Below are positions 17,676 to 25,320 of a DNA stretch of 33,425 nucleotides, piece by piece. This DNA is from Myxococcota bacterium. Its GTDB lineage: Bacteria > Myxococcota_A > UBA796 > SXON01. The translations under genes and the position numbers were made by a program. The DNA is taken from assembly GCA_040386535.1 (NCBI GenBank), contig JAZKFH010000002.1, positions 316,967-350,391 of the forward strand. Direction: 5' to 3'. A model generated the notes under the pieces. It saw only the letters and a list, made by a program, of their open reading frames with translations, did not search any database and had not been told where the DNA came from. The stretch's first letter is position 1; each line of letters opens with the position of its first letter.

Positions 17676-18278
17676 ATGGCTACCCGATCCCCGACCGAGC
17701 TCCAGCTCAAGAACGCTCCACCCTCGCCGACGGGGCCGGTCGGCGTTGCCGCGCTGATGTGGGAGGCGCGGGCCTCGTTCGGGCCCTATTTGCGGGGACT
17801 CCGCGACGCGGCGCGGCTCTCCCTTCGCGCCGCAGCCGAGGAGATGGGGGTGTCCTTCAGCTACCTCGCCAAGCTCGAGACGGGCGAGAAGCCCACCCCG
17901 CCGAGCCTGAAGGTGCTCCAGCGGATGGCGAACCTCTACGGCCGGGATCTCCGCGAGCTGATGCACGAGGCGGGGTTCCGGTTCGAGACATCACCGGAAG
18001 TCGAAGCGCTGGAGGAGAGCCTGGACGCCCGTTTCCTCCGGCTCGTGACACACCCCGAGCTGCGTCCGATGCGGATGGACGCGGTCATCATCGAGATGAT
18101 CCCCCCGCTCGTGAAGCGACAGTGGATCGAGTTCGCCAAGAAGCTGGAGAAGCACCTCCTCGGCTCGTCCGACGAGGTGGACGCGATCGTCGCCCGGCCC
18201 AAGCGCGCCGCACCATCAACGGCCGACTCTGACCCCGCCCCGCCCCCGAAGCCAGGGAAGAAGAGGAGAACCCCATGA
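17676..18278 (+). CDS. CI-like XRE-family transcriptional repressor
   Basis: FGPYLRGLRDAARLSLRAAAEEMGVSFSYLAKLETGEK...PSLKVLQRMANLYG; ATGA-coupled to the recombinase. Confidence 0.9.
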   Translation: MATRSPTELQLKNAPPSPTGPVGVAALMWEARASFGPYLRGLRDAARLSLRAAAEEMGVSFSYLAKLETGEKPTPPSLKVLQRMANLYGRDLRELMHEAGFRFETSPEVEALEESLDARFLRLVTHPELRPMRMDAVIIEMIPPLVKRQWIEFAKKLEKHLLGSSDEVDAIVARPKRAAPSTADSDPAPPPKPGKKRRTP

Positions 18279-20194
18279 AGTGCGTCGTGTACTGCCGGGT
18301 GAGCACCGACCGCCAGCGTGAGGCCGGGACGATCGAGTCTCAACGCGAGGTCCTCCTCCAGTTTGCGCGGGCCAACAACTGGACGGTCGTCTCCGTCGAG
18401 GAAGACGACGGCTTCAGCGGCACCGTGCCAGCCTGGGAGCGTCCGGGCATGAGCAGGGCGCTGCGGCTGATCGAACGCCGGGAGGTGGACTACCTGCTCG
18501 TGGTGGACCTCGACCGCACGTCGCGCGCCGAGGATCCCTTCGAGCGGGCGATTGTGCGGAAGGCGCTGCGGGATCACGGCGTGCTCCTTGCGACGCCGAA
18601 GGGCATCCTCCGCGACATCACGCCCGAGGAGAAGCTGACGCAGGACATGCTCTCGTCCGTCGCGTCATATGAACGCTCCAAGACCCGCGAGCGCACGCTC
18701 CGGGGCCGCAAGGACGCGGTGTTGCGGAAGGGCGGACGCCCGCTCACACAGACGCCGCTCGGCCTGGAGTGGTCGGCCGAGAAGCACGGCTACATCGCCT
18801 CGCCTGCCGAGTCCCCGGTCGTGCGCGAGATCTTCCGCCTCGCTGCCGAGGGGCTCGGGCCGCTCCAGATCGAGCGCGAGCTGGTGCGCAGGAACGTGCC
18901 GTCGGGGCGGGTGCAGAAGTACCGGCCGCGTGGGACGGCGAAGGGCACGCCGAGGGAGTCGGGGACGAAGTTCATCGTGCGTCGCTCAATCGCGGACATG
19001 CTCGCGAACCCGCTGTACTGCTCCGACCGCTGGGCGCCGAACCCGGCCTGGGACGCGAACTTCACGGTCCCGGTGGAGCCCGTGGTGACGCGTGAGGAGT
19101 GGGAGGCCGCCAACGCCGCGCTGACCGGCCGCCCGCGTCCCCCGGCCCGCCCGGTGAAGTACGACTACCTCTTGCGCGCCGTCGCCTACTGCGTGCGCTG
19201 CAACCGGAAGCTCCGGGGGCAGACGACCCCCGACGGCACCGCTCGCTATCGTTGCGAGTTCGCCAACCGCGAGCAGGTCAACTGCGAGCGCTGTACGGCG
19301 CGGAAGAGCGTCCGCGCGGACGATCTGGAGCCGCTGGTCTGGAACTACGTCCGCCAGTTGATCACCGAGCCCGGCTACTTCAGCGCCGAGGTCGAGCGCG
19401 CGGTCGAGGCCGACCAGAAGCGAAACGGCGGCGATGGGGCCGAGGCGGCCCGCAAGCTCCGCGCGGACCTGGAGCGGCTCGCGCTGGAGCGCAGCCGCGT
19501 GCAGGCGGGCTTCCGAAAGGGCCTGTACAACGAGGAAGAGGTCGCGACCGAGCTGGCGGCGATCGAGCGGGACCGCGCGCCGCTCCTCAACCGCCTGGAG
19601 CTGGCCCGGATGGACGAGCGCAGCCAGGGCGCACGTTCGGCGAGGCTCGCCGCCGTGGACGCCCGTCTCGCATCGATGCGCGATGCCGTCGAGACGGTAG
19701 ACCGCGACCAGCAGCGGGCGATCATCGCGGAGCTGATCGAACGCGTGACAGTGGACACCGAGACGCGCGAGGTGGAGATCCGCGTGCTCGTAGGGGACGC
19801 GCCTCCAGCCGATGACGACGCAGCGCCGGGCACGAGCGGAGCCCCGCACGGATCCAAGGGCGGCCGCCGGCCCGCCCGCCCGCCCTCCGAAGGTTACGGG
19901 AGCGGACTCTCTGGTGGATCAGGCCCCGTTCCTCAGGCGGTGGGAAGCCCGGCGGGAAGCGGCCCGCAGCGGCCTGAATGGAGAGCCCGCCCCAGCCGGA
20001 GTACCCGGCGAGGACGGCGCGCTCGTCGGCGTTCGGGGTGCGCTTCTGCGCGTAGAGGTTGGCCGCGGTGGACATGGCGGCGATGTTCGCGGCTGTGCGC
20101 TTCGCGGCCGTCCAGAACTCGGGGATGTCCTCGACGATCGGGCCGTTCGCCGCCTCCATACGGCGGAGAAGCGGTCCGAGGTTCTGCTCGATGA
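18275..20194 (+). CDS. Large serine recombinase (integrase); reads through the right att junction
   Basis: YCRVSTDRQ catalytic Ser motif, DLDRTSR, recombinase domain, Zn ribbon CVRC...YRC...C, coiled coil. Residues after ~548 come from the antisense strand of the host gene. Confidence 0.95.
   Translation: MKCVVYCRVSTDRQREAGTIESQREVLLQFARANNWTVVSVEEDDGFSGTVPAWERPGMSRALRLIERREVDYLLVVDLDRTSRAEDPFERAIVRKALRDHGVLLATPKGILRDITPEEKLTQDMLSSVASYERSKTRERTLRGRKDAVLRKGGRPLTQTPLGLEWSAEKHGYIASPAESPVVREIFRLAAEGLGPLQIERELVRRNVPSGRVQKYRPRGTAKGTPRESGTKFIVRRSIADMLANPLYCSDRWAPNPAWDANFTVPVEPVVTREEWEAANAALTGRPRPPARPVKYDYLLRAVAYCVRCNRKLRGQTTPDGTARYRCEFANREQVNCERCTARKSVRADDLEPLVWNYVRQLITEPGYFSAEVERAVEADQKRNGGDGAEAARKLRADLERLALERSRVQAGFRKGLYNEEEVATELAAIERDRAPLLNRLELARMDERSQGARSARLAAVDARLASMRDAVETVDRDQQRAIIAELIERVTVDTETREVEIRVLVGDAPPADDDAAPGTSGAPHGSKGGRRPARPPSEGYGSGLSGGSGPVPQAVGSPAGSGPQRPEWRARPSRSTRRGRRARRRSGCASARRGWPRWTWRRCSRLCASRPSRTRGCPRRSGRSPPPYGGEAVRGSAR
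19892..19917. other. Right attachment junction, element half: GGTTACG-N7-ACTCTC-TG-GTGG
   Basis: Dyad partner of the left junction; the reconstructed attP is symmetric about a central GT dinucleotide. Confidence 0.88.
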
Positions 20195-20318
20195 CGGCTT
20201 CGAGGGAGCCGCGGTTCCGGGCGAGGAACTCGTCGAGGTAGACGACGTCCACGCCGCGCGGCAGGCGCGTGCGGACGATCGGAACGATCGCGTCGAGGAG
20301 CTGGGCGGCGGCGGTCAT
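19914..20318 (-). pseudogene. 5' part (codons 1-135) of the interrupted DarB-like gene
   Basis: ERAVLAGYSGWGGL (YxGWGG motif typical upstream of FYTP in this family) then ERGLIH at the att core; joins in frame to 12533. Confidence 0.9.
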
Positions 20319-20378
20319 CGGGTCGCCGGGGCGGGCGCGGAGGGCGAGGGCATTGGGGGTCGTACCCAGCGCTGAGGC

Positions 20379-20440
20379 CCATCAACAGCGACTTTCGCTT
20401 ACAGCGGGGCGGTTTCGCTTACAGCGGGGCGCTTACAGCG
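20379..20440. repeat. Tandem direct repeats upstream of the DarB-like gene
   Basis: TTTCGCTTACAGCGGGGCG at 20393-20411 and 20413-20431, GCTTACAGCG at 20431-20440, related CCATCAACAGCG at 20379-20390. Confidence 0.85.
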
Positions 20441-20444
20441 CCGA

Positions 20445-21569
20445 GTGCAGCTTCGCCTCGTCTGCGACGGGGTCTTGCGCATTCGGATGGTCGCATTGCG
20501 GCGAGCCTTGACCGCACGTGTGGCCCGGCACACACTCCTCCTCGGAGTCATGTACATGCGCCCCTCTCCAGCACAGTCGTTGTTCGACCGCACGGCGGCC
20601 ACCTGGATCATCCCGGAGTGGAACGTTGCCGGAGCGAGCGCGGCCTCACCTCACCTTCTCCATGTGCTCGTCGTTTGGGACTCACCCTGGCCCGCCGCCC
20701 CCACTGTGCTTTTCAACGCGGACGTCGGCCCTCGGGTACGCGTCGTCGAGGTGGTTCACGATGGAACGGTCGCTCCTGGCAGTCCGGTGAACGCAGGTCA
20801 GGTGGTGGGGCTCCGGCGCGTGTCGCTTGGCACCAAGGCACCACACATTTTTGGATGCATCGGACGTAACGGTATGTACTTCCTTGCCTTCGACAAGCTG
20901 GACGGCCTCCCATTCGCGCGCGAATTCATGGATGTGAGGAAGGCGCTTCTGACGGAGGGGGTCGCACTTTCCCGCGGCCAAAGCCAACTGCCCGTGTACA
21001 TCGACCTCACAAGGAATTGGTATTCTGGAACGCCGGCCCACAAACGTGCCGCGACGCTGCAAGAGCAACAGCTTCGGGTCGAGATGGCCCGGCACGCTGC
21101 GCCGCAGGCAGTTCGTCGGCACAGACTGCTGCCCGCGCTGCAGAGTCACTTCGATCCTGACGTGACCCCGTTGCTTCGTGAGGCGAGGGACACGTACATC
21201 GCGGGCTACTTCTTTTCGGCCGTTGCCGCCGCCGCTACTGCCGCCGACCGCGTCTGCCTGCACCTCGCGGATCGGCACGCGGTGCCTGCCGATGCCAACA
21301 CACAACTTCGCGGCATGACCTTCGGTCAGAAGCCCGACAAGTTGGTCAGCCTGCACCTTATCGCTGACTCAGACAAGCGCGTTCTCGTTGCGCTGAACAG
21401 GCTGCGCAACCGACACATACACCCGAAGACCGGCTTCAACGAGCGCGCTCTCCGGCGTGACGCGCTCATGGCCGTTACACTGCTTCACGAGTTCGTGGAA
21501 CGGACGGTTAGTACATTCCGCGATCACGTTATCGAACAGGGTCGATTGGTTCCACGAAAATTCCAGTGA
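20445..21569 (+). CDS. Hypothetical protein with a C-terminal HEPN/DUF4145-like domain (start uncertain, possibly ~20550)
   Basis: LREARDTYIAGYFFSAVAAA...LNRLRNRHIHP contains Rx4H in a helical domain; lower GC. Confidence 0.6.
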   Translation: MQLRLVCDGVLRIRMVALRRALTARVARHTLLLGVMYMRPSPAQSLFDRTAATWIIPEWNVAGASAASPHLLHVLVVWDSPWPAAPTVLFNADVGPRVRVVEVVHDGTVAPGSPVNAGQVVGLRRVSLGTKAPHIFGCIGRNGMYFLAFDKLDGLPFAREFMDVRKALLTEGVALSRGQSQLPVYIDLTRNWYSGTPAHKRAATLQEQQLRVEMARHAAPQAVRRHRLLPALQSHFDPDVTPLLREARDTYIAGYFFSAVAAAATAADRVCLHLADRHAVPADANTQLRGMTFGQKPDKLVSLHLIADSDKRVLVALNRLRNRHIHPKTGFNERALRRDALMAVTLLHEFVERTVSTFRDHVIEQGRLVPRKFQ

Positions 21570-21619
21570 TGTCGGGCTTCTGCGCGAGCCGGACCATCGC
21601 GATCGGTAGTTCGATCTGC

Positions 21620-22396
21620 CTAAAACGGAATGTCGTCGTCGTTGACCACGCTGATCGGGGGAGGCCGCGGCTTCTTCACCTTCGGCGGCGCGGGGGTCAT
21701 GGCCAAGGGGAAGCCCTTGAAGCCCGAGACGTGGTTGAAGAACCGCACCCTTAAGGCCCGAGCCACGATCGTCTCGACAATCCCCTCTGCACTTGGGTAG
21801 AACTTGCCACTGACGAAGAGGAAGGGCCAGGGATGGTGGGCCTGACGATCGGTGGGCTTGGGCTTTGCGAAGCTTGATGGCATTATTTCGTGAACTATTC
21901 CGAGAAACTGGGCCACGAGCTCCGCGTATGCGCTCATGTGCTTCGCCTCCCCGAAGGAACACAGGATCGCGTTGGGCACGGGATCGTCCGTCTTCAGCGC
22001 GTCCAGGTCGGTGTCGTCGATCACCGCGACGTCAAGACATACGCTAGGAAGACGCTTTTCACGCCCAGTCCGGTGTGCGGTAAAGACCCGGAGCTGGTGT
22101 CGAATCTGGACCCGCGTGGAACCCTTCTCGCACACGGCATGTGTATAACCGCTGGGTTTGCCGCGTGTGCTAAACTTGAGACGAACGACGGCGCTCCCGT
22201 CGGCCTTCTTTCCCGGATGAACAAGCTTTGTTTTCCACCCAAGCTCCGCGTAGTGGGAGATTAGTCCAGCGAATACGTGGGCTTCGAATGTCTGGTTGAC
22301 AGTGGCGCCGAAGAGGTGGAGTTCCTTGCTGGCCGCGGAAAAGAACGAGACGAGCCGCTTCTTGGTTTCGGCTTGGTCGACCCAAGGCTCAGCCAC
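21620..22396 (-). CDS. Putative PD-(D/E)xK restriction-endonuclease-fold protein
   Basis: QTFE helix, CLDVAVI, SFGEAKHM in the order expected for an E...D...ExK active site; lower GC. Confidence 0.55.
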   Translation of the reverse strand: MAEPWVDQAETKKRLVSFFSAASKELHLFGATVNQTFEAHVFAGLISHYAELGWKTKLVHPGKKADGSAVVRLKFSTRGKPSGYTHAVCEKGSTRVQIRHQLRVFTAHRTGREKRLPSVCLDVAVIDDTDLDALKTDDPVPNAILCSFGEAKHMSAYAELVAQFLGIVHEIMPSSFAKPKPTDRQAHHPWPFLFVSGKFYPSAEGIVETIVARALRVRFFNHVSGFKGFPLAMTPAPPKVKKPRPPPISVVNDDDIPF

Positions 22397-22817
22397 GGGA
22401 GAACTCCTTCGCCAGGCCCCTGACGAGCGCCTTCATGCTTTGGGCACTCTCGACTCGCTCGCCTATGGTTGTTCCTTCCAACGATCGAGCCAGCAGCGCC
22501 GCGATTTCGTCGCCCCGGAGGGTTGGCCCGTTGTCCTTAGTGAAGATCGTGTTTCCTACGCTAAAGCCCGGGAAGCCGTGCTCCTCGAACTTCTCCGCCG
22601 CCGTCTTGGCTGCACGCGTTCCCGCCTGGAGGAACTCCTTGAGGGTATAGGCGAACACCGCCAGGTGAATAGTCTCGACGTGATCGCGCGACAGCGTTGC
22701 ATAGCCTTCTGCCTCGAGTAGGCCCCGGACGTAGGGACCAAGCGAATTGAACCGCTGCCGAATTGAGTGAGGTAGAAGGCGCGCGATGGCTGAAACCGTC
22801 TCACCCTGGTCATTCAT
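22389..22817 (-). CDS. Hypothetical protein coupled to the nuclease-like gene
   Basis: Start placed at ATG 22817 (MNDQGE...); 8-nt overlap with the downstream gene. Confidence 0.65.
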   Translation of the reverse strand: MNDQGETVSAIARLLPHSIRQRFNSLGPYVRGLLEAEGYATLSRDHVETIHLAVFAYTLKEFLQAGTRAAKTAAEKFEEHGFPGFSVGNTIFTKDNGPTLRGDEIAALLARSLEGTTIGERVESAQSMKALVRGLAKEFSRG

Positions 22818-22911
22818 CGCGTCCGCGTACCCCGATTGATGCGCGGCCGCCATGTGCACACGCGGGACCCGACGCTAACCGTCAACTCGCGGGTTCGAGG
22901 CGCCGGTGGAG

Positions 22912-23181
22912 CTACCCGATGGGCCCCGTTCGCCCGATCTTCTCGATGATCTCCCGATCCCGCTCCGAAAGCTCGATCTGCACGGTGACCTTCACCCCCT
23001 TCCCGAGCAGGTACGCGCCCCAGACCAGCGCCCCGTAGGGCCCCATCGAGAGCAGGAAGTCCGTGCTCGGCATCGAGGTCGGACCCGGAGCAGCCACCGC
23101 GGTCCCCGGATCCTGCGCGAACGCGAGCGCGCAGGAGGCGAGCACCAACGCGGGACCCAGGCGAAGAAGCCACCGGCTCAC
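22912..23181 (-). CDS. Small membrane protein (89 aa)
   Basis: GTG 23181 overlaps the upstream TGA; two hydrophobic segments (LGPALVLASCALAFA; LLSMGPYGALVWGAYLLG). Confidence 0.7.
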   Translation of the reverse strand: MSRWLLRLGPALVLASCALAFAQDPGTAVAAPGPTSMPSTDFLLSMGPYGALVWGAYLLGKGVKVTVQIELSERDREIIEKIGRTGPIG

Positions 23182-24662
23182 GCCCCACTTCCCATTTGCT
23201 GCGCCGCCTGTTTGATGGCGTCCGCGAACGCGTTGACGAGAAGCTGGTCCTTCGCCGGGTCCACCTCGGGCGCAATCGCCTTCCGGGTCCGCGTCGGCTT
23301 CGGAGTCGTCGGCACCGCCTGCGGGGGCGCCGCAGGCGGCCACACCGGCTGCATCGTGACCGTGGGCGGGCGCGCCCCGACCTCCGCAGCCGGCCTCGTC
23401 GCAGGACCGATCTTCTGCTGCCCCGCCGAGCACGACTTCGCCGCCCTCGCCGCTGCGAGCGAGACGCGCTCCGCGATCCGCCGCAACGTCGTGACGATGT
23501 CGGGCTTCTCCCCCCGCGCGATGGCGTCCCGGGCCTGCCCGTACGCGTCCGCACCGCGGCGTAGATCCTCCCACGCCATTCTCTGTTCCTTGCCCGAGCA
23601 CAGCGGGGACTTCACCAGCGCCTCTGCCCGGCGGAGCAGCTTGCCAGCGCGGCCGAGGAGCTCGGGCGCCTCGGTCGAGCCCCAGAGCGACTGCGACAGC
23701 TCCTGCAGCGCCTCCGCCTCCTTCTCGGTCGCGGACGCGATGCGGGCCACGCTGGTCGGGCACGCGGGCGACTCGGGCATGGGGATCTCGGAGAGGGTGG
23801 GCGCCACGACTACGCCTGGGATGCCCCCGAGGCCGAACCCGGACGCGATCTCGGGCGACACGGTGGCGGCCGGCGCCTTCCCGCGGGTGAGCGCGCTCGC
23901 GTGCTTCTCGGCCTTGCCCTTCTCCCGCGTCCCGAACTTGGCGACCACGGACCCCACGTCGTTGACGACGACCCACCCGTCCGCCTGCTCGATCGCGCGG
24001 AAGCTCGACCGGCCCTGGTAGCGGTCGGTCGGGTCCTTCGCGTCCTTCGGCGGCGTGTAGGGGTGCTGCGCCGCGTAGTCGGCGTCCACGGTGTTGCGGC
24101 GGCGCGTGTCGCGGAAGCTGCACGCCTCGCTCACGAGCCCGATGACGAGGCCCATGCCCGCCTGGATGGCCTCGGCGAGGCTGGTGCGCTCGGCGCTCTC
24201 CTGCTTCGCCGCCGTGAACCACTTTCCGGCGCGGTCGAACGTCGCCGTCCAGCGGCCGTCCGCCTTCGACGCGAGCTTCAGTGTGCCGTAGGCCGCCACC
24301 TTGCGCTCCAGGCGCACGGACGGGGTGCCGTCGTCGCAGAAGAGGAACCCCGACCACTTGCCGCGGAGGGTCGCCGGTCCCGCAGGGGGCAGTCCCACCT
24401 TCACGCGCTTGATCTCCGCGACCGCGTCTGCGGGCGGCAGGTCCAACTCGGGCGCGTGCGATGGGGCGAGCCCGAGGTCCGTGCGCCAGACCTTGGCAGG
24501 AGCCTTCTTCACCTGGTGGACGTGCAGGGCCACGTTGTCGCGCGGACGCATGGCGAAGGCGACCTCGCCGCCGCACCCGCGCCCGTAGGTGAGGAGCAGG
24601 CGGGGCACGTCCTCGTCGGCGCCGACGATCGTGAGGCGGAACTTCTCGGGCTTCGTGATCAT
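23178..24662 (-). CDS. Hypothetical protein (494 aa) in the putative virion operon
   Basis: Protein-like composition; tightly packed between co-oriented genes. Confidence 0.8.
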   Translation of the reverse strand: MITKPEKFRLTIVGADEDVPRLLLTYGRGCGGEVAFAMRPRDNVALHVHQVKKAPAKVWRTDLGLAPSHAPELDLPPADAVAEIKRVKVGLPPAGPATLRGKWSGFLFCDDGTPSVRLERKVAAYGTLKLASKADGRWTATFDRAGKWFTAAKQESAERTSLAEAIQAGMGLVIGLVSEACSFRDTRRRNTVDADYAAQHPYTPPKDAKDPTDRYQGRSSFRAIEQADGWVVVNDVGSVVAKFGTREKGKAEKHASALTRGKAPAATVSPEIASGFGLGGIPGVVVAPTLSEIPMPESPACPTSVARIASATEKEAEALQELSQSLWGSTEAPELLGRAGKLLRRAEALVKSPLCSGKEQRMAWEDLRRGADAYGQARDAIARGEKPDIVTTLRRIAERVSLAAARAAKSCSAGQQKIGPATRPAAEVGARPPTVTMQPVWPPAAPPQAVPTTPKPTRTRKAIAPEVDPAKDQLLVNAFADAIKQAAQQMGSGA

Positions 24663-24665
24663 GGT

Positions 24666-25319
24666 TCAGCCTTTCCCCAGCTTGGGGAGGAGGTAGACGG
24701 CGGCGCCGGCGACGCCGAGAGCCGCGATGAGCCAGCCCCACCCGCCGCCGCTGGGCGGATCGGTGGGCAAGTCGGAGCGCGGCGCCGTCTCGTTGACGCG
24801 CGCGAGGGCCTCGGCGAGCGACGGGTCGCGCTCGATGAGCGCGATCTCCTGCTGAAGCGTTTCGGCCTCCTTGTAGTGGACGACGGCCCAGGCGATGCCG
24901 GTGAACGACACCGCCACAACCGCCCCCGCCGCAGCGAGCGCGATCACGATGACGCCGGGCGCCACCCCAACTTCGATGGCGCCGCCCTTCTCCGCTTCTG
25001 TCGCCGGCCGTTCGTACTCGGTGTAGCCGCGCGCGTGTGCGCTCCACGCCGTGAGCAGATCGACGACGCGCCGCTCCAGAGCGACGAGCGCCGCGTTGGT
25101 CGGGTCCTTGGACCGCACCTGGATGACCGCCACGTGGGCCTGCACGAGGCGCCGGCCCATGTTCGCGACCATCGCGCGGTAGGCCGCGACGACCTTGACC
25201 AGCGGCTTCGGATTGGACGCCGCGAACGTCTTCACGCGGGACAGGGACTGCTCCGCCGTGATGCGCATCGCGTTGATGCGCTCCCGGAGGGCCTCCGTGT
25301 TGACGGTGAGGGTCGACAC
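24666..25319 (-). CDS. Membrane protein with internal and C-terminal transmembrane segments
   Basis: VAPGVIVIALAAAGAVVAVSFTGIAWAVV and GWGWLIAALGVAGAAVYLLPK; 1-3 nt spacing to neighbours. Confidence 0.8.
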   Translation of the reverse strand: MSTLTVNTEALRERINAMRITAEQSLSRVKTFAASNPKPLVKVVAAYRAMVANMGRRLVQAHVAVIQVRSKDPTNAALVALERRVVDLLTAWSAHARGYTEYERPATEAEKGGAIEVGVAPGVIVIALAAAGAVVAVSFTGIAWAVVHYKEAETLQQEIALIERDPSLAEALARVNETAPRSDLPTDPPSGGGWGWLIAALGVAGAAVYLLPKLGKG

Positions 25320-25320
25320 C

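Larger units (their letters stand above)
12531..19917. mobile_element. 7,383-bp serine-recombinase integrative element (putative satellite or integrative plasmid) inserted in the DarB-like gene
   Basis: Flanked by direct GTGG cores at 12531-12534 and 19914-19917; removal restores the host ORF; contains recombinase, repressor/Cro pair and ParA/ParG-like genes. Confidence 0.92.

Noticed and set aside
12531..19917. Insertion as an intron, intein or IS/transposon with target-site duplication
   Set aside because: No reverse transcriptase, homing nuclease or transposase; the dyad about a central GT and the adjacent serine recombinase fit site-specific integration.
20315..20353. 12-codon ORF (MPSPSAPAPATR) overlapping the DarB-like start by ATGA
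   Set aside because: Could be a leader peptide but is too short to distinguish from chance.
20393..20440. Direct repeats as a mini-CRISPR
   Set aside because: Only 19-nt repeats with a 1-nt gap, no spacers, and no cas genes in the window.
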